DNA of 64,000 nt from Macrostomum lignano. Lineage: Eukaryota. Every line of letters starts with the position of its first letter. Within the stretch, counting starts at the first letter, position 1. The translations under genes and the position numbers were made by a program. Shown in pieces: positions 1 to 11,872 of this stretch. The DNA is taken from contig NIVC01000151.1 in assembly GCA_002269645.1 (NCBI GenBank), positions 496,001-560,000 on the forward strand, given 5' to 3'. Under the pieces are notes generated by a model. The model did no database searches and was not told the origin of the DNA. It worked only from the letters and a program-made list of their open reading frames with translations.

Positions 1-477
1 GGCGGAGGTAGGCAAACACGGACTCCTTGATCAAGCTAGCTTGTGGTTGAAAACTACGAGAAATGGTATCTACGTCGGGCCAACACTGCCTTGGAGCGCC
101 GATGATCTGCACCAGGCGACTAGGAAGCTGGTGGATCTAGAATGTACCAAGACGGACAACGAGAGACCTGAGGATCAGAGGTCTCGCGTTAGTGCCAGGT
201 CCACAAAACATCCCGCCAGTTCGGTTTCAGTGCATCCGATTGGGGCAGTCGAGAGCTCAGTGTCAACAGAGAAGAGATCTGATGCTCATTTGATGGGTCT
301 GCTTGTGGAAAGGCAATTTTTGCAGCTTCCAAAACTTTACATATCTTGTACAACAGAATAACCAAATATATATATATTTGTTCTAAAGGCAAAAACTAAT
401 TTTGCTACTGAAGAAAGAATTGATGAAATCATTTTTTCAAGTGACCTATCCGTTTATTCCAGTATCTGTGTACTCAC

Positions 478-2476
478 CTAGCAAAGGACACGCCATACGG
501 TACCTCCCGATCTCTGGCCGGATTAATGCAGCTGATGACCACAGAGTCGTAGGGCCAGGCGTGCCCCCCAGGCACAATCTCCGCAGTGGCTGGCACGGCC
601 ACCATCGCCGACCGCTGATACCACGCCGATGTATCTCGTCGATACCACAGTTGGCAAAGCTGGCCGTCTACCCGGCCACCCAAGGCGATGCCGACCACTC
701 GGACAACAGGCCGTCTGGAGCTGTCTCTTCGGTCATAGAAGGCCGAGTAGGTAAACAAACTTCTGTCCGCGGGATTGCTGCTCAGAAACTGATGCTCCTG
801 TATTGGACAAAGGAGCATCATATTTCCTTTAAGATGAAATGCTTGCCTGCCTTGACATTCACTGACCTTTCAAAGTTAGCCATGTAAATACGCGGGTTGT
901 TGTCTACCTTTAGAGGGGTTGTAGCCTAGAGGTTAGGGCATCGGACTCACGACTGAAAGGTCGAGGGTTCGATTCTCGACCTACTCGGAACAATTTGTGT
1001 CCTTCAGCAAGGCACTTAACTCTGCATTGCTTCAGTTCACCCAGCTGTAAAATGGGTGCCAGCATTAGCTGGGGTAATTGAGGGTGTGTGTGGCGACCCC
1101 CCAGTCCTTGGACTGAACAGCCGTACGCAGCATTCAGATGCGCCGCGCAATAGCTGCGGCTGAGCTGTCGGTTGCACATCTGGCCATTAAGTCAGGTGCA
1201 ATCAATTATTAATTATTATATTTATTGCCGAAACAAAGTTCCAACAGCTGAAAACGTTACCTGAAAATATTCTAATTTGAGGCTCCGACTCGTTCCAGAG
1301 TTATTCGCAGGTGAATATAAACAGAGAGTTATGCAGAATGGTTAGTTAACTCAGAACTACGAGCGAACGTCTGCTTACGAGCGTATCAGCTCCTCATGCA
1401 GTTGAAAGTAGGGCAAAAGCTGGGCTACCTGTTTACGTACGGGGAGGACGAGCGATCCCGGATACACCCGCACCGATCAAGGACTCCAGTGTCACGACCA
1501 GAGAGTAATAAGACACTGTAACGTTATACACCCATGGGTTGCGTGTACGTTAAGGGAAGTTGTCGCAAATGGATATAAAATAAACACGCGTTTTTTCGAG
1601 GGGAGGAGTGGATCATGAGCAGGGAGTATGCGCGTAGGACACAGTGTACGCTGTACTAAAATATCCAACTGCTTCTGGCATATCGCACGTACTTGCCGGC
1701 AATTGTCCTATTAGCTCACAAGCCCACACCAGCGCAGCGCTGATGCGGATTCAAATATTCCGCTTTGATCGCAACACCATTTGCCTGCCGCCCCGGGGGA
1801 AGCGAAGAAGCGCTCTGGAGTCCTCGGAGAATCGCAATGCCAGTTTAAGGGCGTGGATCGATCGCCACGGTAAATTCCACCAGAGCTGAAGCTACATGGG
1901 GACGTAAAAAGTAACTCTGGCTGTAACACTATACTGAAATAGCGAAAGTTCCAGTTTTCGCGATACTTCTGAACATGTTTGCAATTTCCGTACTCTCCAA
2001 GCCAGATTTTCTGATATTTATTACGGACTTATTTTTGTTAGGCCACAAATTCTTGAACACGGCTTTTACCTGACATGACTTCGACAGTCGTTTTGAAGTG
2101 ATGTATATTTCTCAGAAGCTTTTTAGCAAAAATAGCGATTTGCTGAATTTATGTCAGCTTTTAAAGTCATACCATGTCTCAGCCAAAATTTCAAACCCCA
2201 GCGCGTGTGATTCAAAAATTATTTTAAAGGGTAAAAAATTACCTGGCCAAAGGCAGGAGAATGCGATGCATTTGTGCGACACCAATGCACACGACGAGCC
2301 TCATGCGTCTCAGCCATGGTCACGTGACTAACGTCCGCTAAAGAGTCGCTAGCCTTGTTCAGTGGTCTGATGAAGCGCAGACCCGCTATTAAAATCATTA
2401 ATACTGCGAAACACAGAAGGCAGTGACGCCCGGAGTTGCCAATCGAGTGTCGGCCCAGCCTGATTGAGAAGAGCAT
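478..2476 (-). CDS. Glycosyltransferase family 92 (GALT-1-like) paralogue A, 5' part; exons 2476-2243 and 797-478; gene continues beyond the left edge of the window
   Basis: Exon 1 MLFSIRLG...CLLCFAVLMILIAGLRF (type II TM anchor) ends CAG|GTAA in phase 0. Exon 2 EHQF...YSAFYDRRD..PVVRVV..LCQLWY..ISCINP..VPYGVSF ends AG|GTGAGT in phase 2. Clearly paralogous to the + strand gene, whose last exon carries the GT92 DxD motif. Confidence 0.8.
915..1222 (+). mobile_element. tRNA-derived SINE with CORE-like central domain
   Basis: tRNA-like head with A-box (TAGCCTAGAGG, 922) and B-box (GGTTCGATTCT, 966). It is followed by TCCTTCAGCAAGGCACTTAACTC...CAGTTCACCCAGCTGTAAAATGGG, which resembles the MIR/CORE consensus, and an AT-rich tail near 1204-1222. 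Lies in intron 1 of GT92-A. Confidence 0.6.
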
Positions 2477-3500
2477 TTCTGCCGATTAGGAATTCCAAAC
2501 AGCTGATAGCGATGCTTGATTCTGCCGTGGCTCTCTGCGAAATCTGTTGAGCACCAGCTGTGATGCTGTGTGCTAGCCTCTCTCTGGTGTGCTGGGTTTG
2601 GTCAGAATAGCCACTAATATATAGTGAATGTAAGCCTTGCTGTAAGTGTTGCGAAGTTCTCAAGCTGCCGCTGCAGCGAGGCTGTCCTGACCAATGGTTC
2701 GGGAGAACAATGCAGACTCTACCCTATTTCCAGTCAGCCTTCTAATGCGTGGAGTTTCTCAGTACGTTTTTTACTCTCTCAGAGAAGCACAATGAAAGAT
2801 GCACCGGCCCTTGTGTGAATTGGCTCTATATTATCTTGCCACAAACCTCTAAACTGGCCACAACGATTTGAAATTCGCTGCGCAGTTGTCGTAAGCAGCA
2901 GAGTATATTGGCGTACGGGTTTTGGGGCCAAAGAACTGTGCTAAATTATCAAAGCAATTTTTCTCTGTTCTCGCTATTGTACTGCTAAATCCACCGCAAG
3001 AATTTAAACGTACTGAAGGTAGAGTCTGCATTGTTCTCCCGAACAATTGGTCAGGACAGCCTCGCTGCAGCGGCAGCTTGAGAACTTCGCAACACTTACA
3101 GCAAGGCTTGCATTCACTATATATTAGTGGCTATTCTGAGCACACCTAGCACACCGAGAGAGGCTAGCTCACAGCATCACAGCTGGTGCTCAACAGATTT
3201 TGCAGAGAGCCACGGCAGAATCAAGCATCGCTATCAGCTGTTTGGAATTCCTAATCGGCAGAAATGCTCTTTCAATCAGGCTGGGCCGACACTCGATTGG
3301 CAACTCCGGGCGTCACTGCCTTCTGTGTTTCGCAGTATTAATGATTTTAATAGCGGGTCTGCGCTTCATCAGCCCACTGAACAAGGCTAGCGACTCTTTA
3401 GCGGACGTTAGTCACGTGACCATGGCTGAGACGCATGAGGTGCGTCGTGTGCCATGGTGCAGCATAAATTGGCTGTATTCTCCTGTACTTGGCCAGGTAA
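2239..3500. repeat. Inverted duplication: arms 2239-2723 and 3018-3500, 294-bp spacer; each arm is the 5' flank plus exon 1 of a GT92 paralogue
   Basis: The arms are reverse complements, about 97% identical in the inner ~250 bp by eye. Both stop at CCAG|GTAA donors. Confidence 0.95.
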
Positions 3501-6500
3501 ACTCTTAAGAAGTGTAAAGTTTTTTTACTTTCTCCTGACAAACAAACTTTCCCATTTCAATTGCGCACAGATTGCAGCCATGGATGAAGGAATAGAAAGG
3601 ATCGCTCATCTGAAAGCGAGTCTGGACAAGACTTCCTTAAATTTGGGATATTCCCCCCATGAATTTCATTGGCTGGTGGAGTTTAATAATAGTCCCCCCT
3701 AAGTTCTTACTGGCTGCAGCTTGTACGCGGGGGAAATTCCAAAGTCCCGATTAACGTTAAACATCGTGAAGATGAGCGATCCTTTCTATTCTTTCATCAA
3801 TGATTGCAGCCCATCTATTCCTTCGAAGGATGGTTGTGGTTATGCTGTACGAGCGTAGATATATGATTCAATACTTGGTTTTGAGTGCCATAGACATTTC
3901 AGTAAGAAGAGCCAAGTATTGAGTAGTATTGTACCCTTTTGTCTATGGTTTTCGGCAGTAAGACTTTCGAAAACAACTCAATTGCTTGCCGGCAGTTTTA
4001 GATTTTTACCGGAAAATAACGAATGTATTTGGCTCCGGTTCTCCGGTAATGATGTTCACCTAGCGATTGACGGACGGGGATTCCAGGTGCCGTGAATGGC
4101 CCCACGAAAACAGATAGAGACTTCGGCGCGTAGTATGTTCCATTCTGCTTTTGAAGAGACAAATAGAAAAGCCTCAGTTAATCGTTCAGGAATCGATCCG
4201 CGGTACGCGCTCAAACTCCTGGCAGAGCCCCTTCTCATTGAGGAACTGGCGGAACCTTGCCACGTGAAGTTTTCGTCGAGTCTCGGTCGATTCAGGCACA
4301 CATTCATTCTCAATCCGGTCCAGCATTTGCAAATCTTCGTTAGCTCAGGCAGCACTTTAGTGTAGCTTATTTTAAAGGGTTACAATAACGACATGGACAG
4401 ATTTTTTAACGGCAGCAATTGCTTTACTGAGCTGAAGCCGCGTAGCTGCCAATTGCTGCCGAAAAAAAATCAGTACGGGAGCACGAGAATTGCCTGCAGT
4501 GCAAGTGACCCGCCGAGAATTTCCCTCTGAAATTTGCCCGCAGTGCAATTTGCCCGCGAGCGAGTTGCCCGCCGAGTTTTTCCCGCCGAGGTTTGCCCGC
4601 AAAGCTTTTTTCCTGCAGCGCATTTGGCCACGCGGCAGATTTTGTCTGATTGCCTCTCCATTGCTCAGAAGTCTTAATAAAGAGATTTACCCGATCAAAA
4701 CGTTTTGATAGTAACTGCATATCCAATGCATATTTTGGGGGGGGGAGGCAATGCAGACAGAATCCAGCTGCCAAATTTGCTGCAGCAACAAAGCATTGCG
4801 GGCAAACCTCGGCGGGCAAACCTCGACGGGCAATTCGTCTGCGGACAATTCTCATGGACCCACATCAGTATACATTGTTACATTGTAATCTTGATTATAC
4901 GCTCGTATTTCTCGTGCATTAAATGACTCCAGCCAATACGCTACCACGATCCGTTTGAGCACGCTTTTACACATTTAAATCGTGTCACAATATGCAGACA
5001 GAGACTTTGAATGCCCCCTCATGCGATTCTACGGCTGTACCGCAATCGCAGACGCTAATTACGTGTACCTATACTTTAAAAGATTGAGTGTTTCTTAGAA
5101 TTATGCAGCATCTGATTTATAACATGTGAATTGAAGGTTTTCTGTGGTTTTCCTTGCTTATACCTCTTTCATTCGAGCGATTTATTCAAGTTTGCGCTGA
5201 GCTCTATACAGTGCAGGCCACTGCAGTCTTTAACCGGAAACCGCATCAGATTTCTAGGCTCAATCGCTCGGGCCAGTGAGGTTTAGAAGCTCTGACGCCT
5301 GTAACAGTGGCTTAAAATTAAGACGATTTGAGCGGCTAATTGAGTCCTCTTGAATTGATAGCTTCTATAACTGTCTTGCATAGCAGGATGCTTGCCAGTT
5401 TCTGTTAAAGCAGGTGATCAAAATTAGCCACCATAAAATATTGACTAGCCAAGTTTTCTGGCGATCCAGAAGCTAAAGATCATCCCCCATAGAAATTGAA
5501 GCATGTTCCATCAATTCATTCCAAAGGCCAATTCAGTTTCCTAACACAAGACCATCGCCCTCACGCACCCAATGAAGGAGTTTCGCTTCCAGAGCATCAG
5601 ACCAGGCGATCATAACTTGTCTACCTACTCAGCCTTCCATGACCGGAGGGACAGCTCGAGCAGGCCAGTGGTACGAGTGCTTGCCGTTGCCTTGTTAGGA
5701 GGCGGAGGCAAAGTGCTCTGCCAGCTGTGGTATCGGCGAGCGGCCTCAGTCATGGCGGCCGTGCCGGCTGAAATCGAAGTTATGCCCGATGGTGAGGGCC
5801 AGAGCTACGAATCGTGGCTAATCAGCTGCAAGAACCCGGCCGCTGATGGGAGGTGCCGTATGCCGTGTCATTCGTCAGGTGAGTGACCAAACTGAACACG
5901 GTTCCATTTTGAAGAAAAAACTGACCAAATCTTATTTTAGAGTCTGTATTAAATTCAAAAGAACCAAGATGTCAAGTGTGAAGTACTTAGGGTTGTTTCG
6001 AGGTGGTCTGGTAGGTCTTTGAATCCCACCGCTGCTACCAGTGAAGTACAGAGCTTCTGGTTCCCGGTTTAGGCACTTAAGTTTACCTTAAGTCATGAGC
6101 CTCTTCTCTCGTAAGCCTTCTTCGTAGCTCTCAGACGCGTAGGTAGTGCTGCCACCAGTTCCTTCAGGTCTCGGCCTTCGATGAGGTGAGCTTCCCGTCG
6201 GAACGAAATAACGAAGTCAACGAACTCAGCACAACATGCAGATTTGCAGCTCAACGTACAGGGCAGGGCGTCTCGTCAGCAGTACCTGCCGGGCTTGGTT
6301 GGTGGATGGGAGGGCTTTGTTAGCCTCTCACAGGCTTGGGGTTTGCTTTAGATGGGTCTCAGTCAGACCAATAGCAGAGAACTCAATGTACGCAGACAGA
6401 GAACGGGTGTTCAATCTCAGACAAGGGCGCACACGGGGTCTTAGAAGACGAAACTCTCAGAAGACCAAATCTCGGAAAACTCCTTGACGGAAACAAGGGG

Positions 6501-9500
6501 AGAAGGGTCCTATTTATAGAGCGGGATTCTCCTCCGCACAAGACCTCGCACAAGACCTCCGCACGAGACCTTAGAATTGACGTCACTTGAGGTCTGCGGG
6601 CACAGTGCGCCAGGCTGTGACTCAGTGTCTATTTTTAGAAACATGAGTCACTCCTCTCCTTAGGAAAGGGTCTTAGGCACGTGATTCTCCCGCAAACAGG
6701 ACCAGCGAGTTTCTTTAGGACTCCAAGAAAACAAGGCCTGTCATGTGAGCAAGTCACATGACAGGAGAAACGGGAATGGAACGAAACAAGGACAGCCCGC
6801 AGCAGAGAAGCTGGAGGCTGAGAACAGGAGCACAGAAAACGAACAGCAAAGAGAGAGAGGGCAGCAAACAGACAGACAAAAGGGAGGCGGGAAGCTGACC
6901 AGCGGCAGAGAGCAACCCAGGGCGAGGGCGCGGGCGAGAGAAACTGCTGCCTAAGTGCGACGCCTAACATTAAACTAGCGGCTCACTACAAGTGCATTGA
7001 AATTGATTTTTGTAAAATTTGTAAATAGATGGTAAATAGCTCGTAAACCCTTTCCAATGCTCCTTGCTACTAAGCGTTTCACAATTTCGACACGTAGGAC
7101 ACTGCAATTACTAAATTCGATATTGAAATGTGGACTGACTGACTGACTCGACGAAGACTTTTACGAGTAGAAAAAATCTTTCGAAGCAGTCGCTCTCTTG
7201 TTGAAGTGCTGCGCGCTTCTCGAATCTGTAAAACTTTCAAAAGCGTGAAATGGAGAAAGAGGCGGCTGGCTCTCCTTAGTAGCGGGTAAGAGTTCACGGT
7301 GGAAGAATCGAGCTCAGCTAGCCCGCATTGATAGCGTCAAGATCCTCGTAAGTCGCGTGAAAATCGCGCCATTAGCCTAAGGAAACTTACCTATTTGGAC
7401 CTGAAAATCATGGGAGCCTGCGTGATCCAAGGTCAGATGCTAAATAAAGTAGGATTGTCATACATTGGTCGCGTGACTCAGGGTCACTTGCGTATGTGGC
7501 AGTCACGTGCTTTTCTGTGCTAAAACAGAACAGACGATGAGTCATTTTTACTCGCGCATGCGAGTTCCGCCGTCTCCGCTTGCAGCCCACGAATGTGGCA
7601 GTGGCTTTCGGAAGCGGGTGTTGGCAGACACCATGTCCTGCCTCTCCAGGAAGTCCTCCAGTGCTCTGCTGTTGCCGTTCTCACGAGACGTCACAAACAG
7701 TCACGACCTACAAAAACCGCGTTTAGGTCTCCGAGGGCGACCGCTGTGTCACGCAGCGACAGCTCTGCTGCAGCTTTGGTCCTATCAGCGCTCCAACACC
7801 TCCACGTCTGGTTGGTCCGCCGATGTGTAGAAAAGGATCCATCCGGCACACTGGTCCTTACAGTGAATCCCCGGGTCAGCCTTGATACACCTCCTGCAGA
7901 GATTATATCACAGCTTAGGTCGAGCGCTAGCTTTGGCAGAGCTCCTCTCCGCAAGGCGACCTTGAGGGTGTTCAGCATCCCGACCTTGTGCCTTGTGGTA
8001 CCGTTGAAATAAGCTTTACAGTCGCTGGCGCCAACCAGAAGATCGGCATGGGCCAGCGCAGCAGCAGCTCGTCGGGCGGCACCACGTAGCCGACCGCGCC
8101 GATTTCGCTCACGCCGACGCACGTTCGTTCGCTCCGCTGCCCTAGCTTGGTCCTGCCACTGTTTGCCGCTTGAAGGTACACCATTTTACCTCAATTTTCA
8201 TTCAAAAGCAGCTCCTCTTTCGACAATGGGAACTTCATCTTCCACACTTCAAGCTTAGCATCTCTGAAACTGCATCCAATTCAGACAAACTCCCTTTCAT
8301 CACAACTGAAAGTGAAGGTCAATTCTAACCTCTAGAAAATGCTTCTCTGTGTTCATATTTGTACCCATTTTTTATAGTTGTTCATTAAAGCAGTGTACAA
8401 TCAGAATCTCCTTTCTGTACAGATAGCTTCGCACCAAAGCAAACTAAAATTTTGGAAAACGAAATTACACCACAGAGATAGGCACATGTCTAAAAGATTA
8501 AAGACTTCACTTCCACTTTCGACAAAGTCCACTTCATATCAACAGTCTATGGTCCAGACCTACTGAAACCTCGATATGAAATGCTAATATAAAAATCTTT
8601 GATTAGGGCTACGTCAAAAATCATTTACAATATACTAAATCTCTTAGATCCGACCGGTATTTCAGTCTACAGCCGGAATGCCTTAACCGATTTTTAATAA
8701 ATGGTACATGAAGAGACGCTGACGGACCCGCTCGAATGAAAAGTAGATGCGGCTCATGCTGGCCTGCTGCTCGCCACTTTCAGGATCAGCGACGAGCAAT
8801 TTTTTTTTCAAACGCGGCACTTTTTCACCGCGCCTGCCTGGTCCGTCCAAACGACCTTTTGCGCCGTCAGCGACTCTAAATGGCAGGCCACATCGTCCAC
8901 GCCGTCGTACTGCCCACAGCCGATGCAGGAGATGCTGCTGCTGACGCTGCAGACACCCTACCGGCGGCAACAGGCGCGCACTTGGCATTTCGGCGACTGC
9001 CATTCGTTCGCTACCTCGCGCAGAGGCGCGCCCTGTGACGCTTCCTTCTAATGACCCTGACAGAGTATCTTGTTGTTGTTGCTCCGGATAATCTTACAGA
9101 CCGAACGGCAGTTTATTCATCACGTACATGTATAAGGTGCATAAAAGGCTGTTAGCAACGCACTATCGTGATCCGCAGCTCATACAGGGAAAGCCTCACA
9201 TTGTATCAAAGGGAAAGTGAAGAGAGAAAATTTTGGTCCCAACAGTTTTTATTGATCCTCTGATAGTCTTGAGTAAAGGTCCTAAATGATGAATTCGCTG
9301 AGATTCTGGGCTCAAGGAACAAGCGTAGTGTCTTATCTGGTTTCCAGACTATGACTAAATCTGAGTGCATTTCGACTGAAGCTCAGAATAGACGCTGAAG
9401 CTCAGAATACAAACTGAAGCTCAGAATACAAACTGAAGCTCAGAATCCCAACTGAAGCTCAGAATACAAACTGAAGCTCAGAACCCCAACTGGTCGCATT

Positions 9501-10617
9501 TGCCCGCAGGTCGGCCTGTGGTCAGCCCCACGCAGTGCACCCGGTGATTCCGCTGCCGTCCGAGCCGGTGCGCAACGGCAGATTCGCTGTGTGCATGTCA
9601 CCTCTTAAGTCCAAGTACGACAAGGTAGACGAGCTGGTGCAGACGCTGGAACTGAACCGCCTTTTCGGTGCCGACCATTTCTTTGTGTACAAGCACTCAA
9701 CGAGCAGGCGAGTGACCGAGCTGCTTTCAAATAAGCATGTGAGTGGCCTTAAACCTTTGCAGTGCTTCTTAACTGTTTATTCAAACAAAACATGTAATTT
9801 TGACTTTATAAATATTGACTTCCAATGTTTTCCCTCGAATGTTGAAGAATAATATACATAATATGCATACATTTGTAGCTCTGTATATCCATGGCTACAC
9901 GTACCTCTTATATTACTTCGCCTACAAGTGTATGAAGCCAACCATCATAACAAACATCTTCACCTGCAGTTCTCCAGTGACGTCACAGTACTTCCCTTCC
10001 ACCCACCACAAAAAGTTGACGGCAAGACCAAATCGTCGGATTCCGCAGAAGAAGTGAAGTACTACGGTACCATAGTAATGCTGCAGGACTGTGTACTGCG
10101 AACTGCAGCACAGTACGAGTTCGTGGTTTCCACCGATACGGACGAAGTGATTGTGCCGAGAGGAGAGGGGTTTCGCAGCTGGCGGGACCTGACCCGAGCT
10201 TTCATGTCGGACGGTAGCATCGGTGGTCTGTTGTTTCAGAACTCTTTTTTCCGTCTTGAATGGGCCAGCGATCCCGGGGTATCGGCCAACACTACAATCT
10301 CCGGCCTGAAGCTAAACACTCTGCTGAAGCTGAACCGCGAGGCTGAGGTGCACGTCCATGGCTCCCGGTCAAAGATGATCATCAAGCCACACTTTGTGCT
10401 AATGCTTGGCGTGAACTATGTATGGCAGTATTTGAACGAGCGAAACACGGAGTTTATAAAGTACAACGTAGCTGGCCTACATCACTATTCGATTGGCGGG
10501 TCCAAAGAAATGCATCGAGACGACTACGTGCGGGATCCGCTGATGCTGCAGTACCGGGAGCAGCTGGTTGCTAAGGTTCTGCGGGCCCGGACTGCTCTGG
10601 GCTTGCCGGTCAGTTGA
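3264..10617 (+). CDS. Glycosyltransferase family 92 (GALT-1-like beta-galactosyltransferase) paralogue B; exons 3264-3496, 5551-5878, 9510-9738, 9970-10617; two 1-nt deletions (pseudogene or assembly error)
   Basis: FAVCMSPL...ELNRLFGADHFFVY, LQDCVLR..YEFVVSTDTDEVIVP (DxD), RSKMII.P, LHHY match GT92/DUF23. Splice sites are canonical, and phases fit once the two deletions are corrected. AATAAA at ~10772. Confidence 0.8.
3573..3808. mobile_element. MITE-like element with ~38-bp terminal inverted repeats
   Basis: GCAGCCATGGATGAAGGAATAGAAAGGATCGCTCATCT (3574-3611) mirrors AGATGAGCGATCCTTTCTATTCTTTCATCAATGATTGC (3770-3807). The terminus resembles the 13131 element. Confidence 0.55.
4030..4342 (-). 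pseudogene. Decayed Crypton-type tyrosine recombinase fragment (N-terminal core-binding region)
   Basis: Frame-stitched translation: NEDLQMLDRIENECVPESTETRRKLHVARFRQFLNEKG...LND*LRLFYLSLQKQNGTYYAPKSL/ICFRGAIH/RHLESPSVNR*VNIITG. This resembles the Crypton/DUF3504-associated pattern L..FY....K..G..Y...SL...R.AI.RHL. Several frameshifts and stops. Confidence 0.55.
4490..4860. mobile_element. Degenerate non-autonomous TIR element with TTGCCCGC subterminal repeats
   Basis: TT(T/G)CCCGC motifs at 4530-4600 are mirrored by GCGGGCAAAC/CCTCGGCGGGCAAAC at 4798-4850. Confidence 0.35.
6021..6969 (-). mobile_element. LTR-retrotransposon LTR followed by a tRNA-Leu primer-binding site (internal region deleted)
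   Basis: On the minus strand: TG...CA termini (TGTTAGG at 6969 or TGACTCA at 6650, ending ACTTCA at 6042), a CTATAAATAG TATA box near 6515, then TGGTAGCAGCGGTGGGATTC (6040-6021), complementary to a tRNA-Leu-like 3' end including CCA. Confidence 0.6.
7530..8180 (-). pseudogene. Decayed RTE-like non-LTR retrotransposon, APE endonuclease region
   Basis: Frame-stitched motifs NTLK..RRG.L..LA.DL..DII-LQEV, AGW.LFYTSAD..GGVGALIGPKLQQS, VALGDLNAV, LEDFLERQDMVSANTRFRK. Shares RRRERNRRGRL with the 63-kb copy. Confidence 0.7.
9376..9490. repeat. 19-bp minisatellite (CTGAAGCTCAGAATACAAA) x6 at the 3' end of GT92-B intron 2
   Basis: Direct periodicity. Confidence 0.95.
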
Positions 10618-11200
10618 TCTGCTCATTAGCTCTGGCTTCTACTGCGTACTGGTACCCAGGCCTAAAGATGCTACATTCAGCGTTCTGAAAGTAATCACGT
10701 CATGCAAAAACTAATGGCACCAATAGTGATATTATAACCATCTCTTAATGATAGCACCAGAATTCATTCTAAATAAAGTTTAGACTACAAATTTCAAAGT
10801 GTTGCCTAACTTTTTCATAATATATTCAAGCTGCAAACTTAGAAGCATCAAGCAGTGGCCGATTCGATAATTCAGCCAAGTCTGTAGCGATGCTACCGCA
10901 AACGAGCGTCGCTAACGAGGTTGACTTTATTTAACCCCTCCCAACTTACTGGCTTAATCTTCAAGAAGTCCGACTTGCCGAGGCTTTCAGCCGTGACGTG
11001 TTTGGAGTGCGTTTCGAGTTAGAGTAATTCATAACGCGTATTAGCAACATGGGTTCAGTGGGCGGCGGAATAACTGAACGAACGGCCTTGTGCAGCCCAG
11101 TGGAGGCATTCATGCACTCAACTTGGCTGACTCATGCGATTGAAATTGTAGGCGATACAAATGCAGTGCGATGACGGTGATGCCAATTAAATGTAATTGG

Positions 11201-11545
11201 GTTGGCGTCGATGGGGACTGTGTCTGTTTGCATGATGAGGGGCTATGATGGTTGGCGTCGATGGGGACTGTGTCTGTTTGCATGATGAGGGGCTATGATG
11301 GTTGGCGTCGATGGGGACTGTGCCTGTTTGCATGATGAGGGGCTATGATGGTTGGCGTCGATGGGGACTGTGCCTGTTTGCATGATGAGGGGCTATGTGG
11401 TTTGGCGTTGATGGGGACTGTGCCTGTTTGCATGATGAGGGGCTATGTGGTTTGGCGTTGATGGGGACTGTGTCTGTTTGCATGATGAGGGGCTATGTGG
11501 TCTGGCGTCGATGGGGACTGTGTCTGCTTGCATGATGAGGGGCTC
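11201..11545. repeat. 50-bp tandem repeat x7
   Basis: GTTGGCGTCGATGGGGACTGTG... recurs at 11201, 11251 ... 11501. Confidence 0.95.
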
Positions 11546-11872
11546 AGTGACGGTGCGAGGCTCGAATGCTGCAGATGGCGCCTCATCGGACCAATTGGCA
11601 GCGATGCTTCATTTTTCAAGTTGCTAAGCAGGTTTACTTTATTTCCCAGTGTGGATCATATGTGCAGCATATTTATTTCCGGCTATAATCTGTGCAGAAT
11701 CGTATTTCTGAGGATTTGGAGTTTTATTGCGTCAGGCCAAGTAAATACGTTTCATAAGTCTATTGCCAGGCCAGAAATTACTCTTCTGTGGTTTACTTCC
11801 GGGCCAAAAAAATCTGATAGCGTCTTAGTATAGCGCTGGTAGCGTCTTAATCTATTTCTGATAGCGTCTTAG

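Noticed and set aside
41-361. 106-aa ORF at the window start
   Set aside because: No recognisable motif; it lies within intron 2 of GT92-A.
915-990. Functional tRNA gene
   Set aside because: The anticodon and acceptor stems pair poorly, and the sequence runs into a CORE-like body, so a SINE head fits better.
1517-1928. Possible solo LTR (TGTAAC...GTAACA)
   Set aside because: No target-site duplication, PBS or PPT could be identified.
6021-6040. tRNA-Leu gene remnant on the + strand
   Set aside because: Only the last 20 nt including CCA are present, directly next to an LTR end, which fits a primer-binding site.
8683-9003. GC-rich ORF with a CIGC motif in another frame
   Set aside because: No family recognised and no consistent splice structure.
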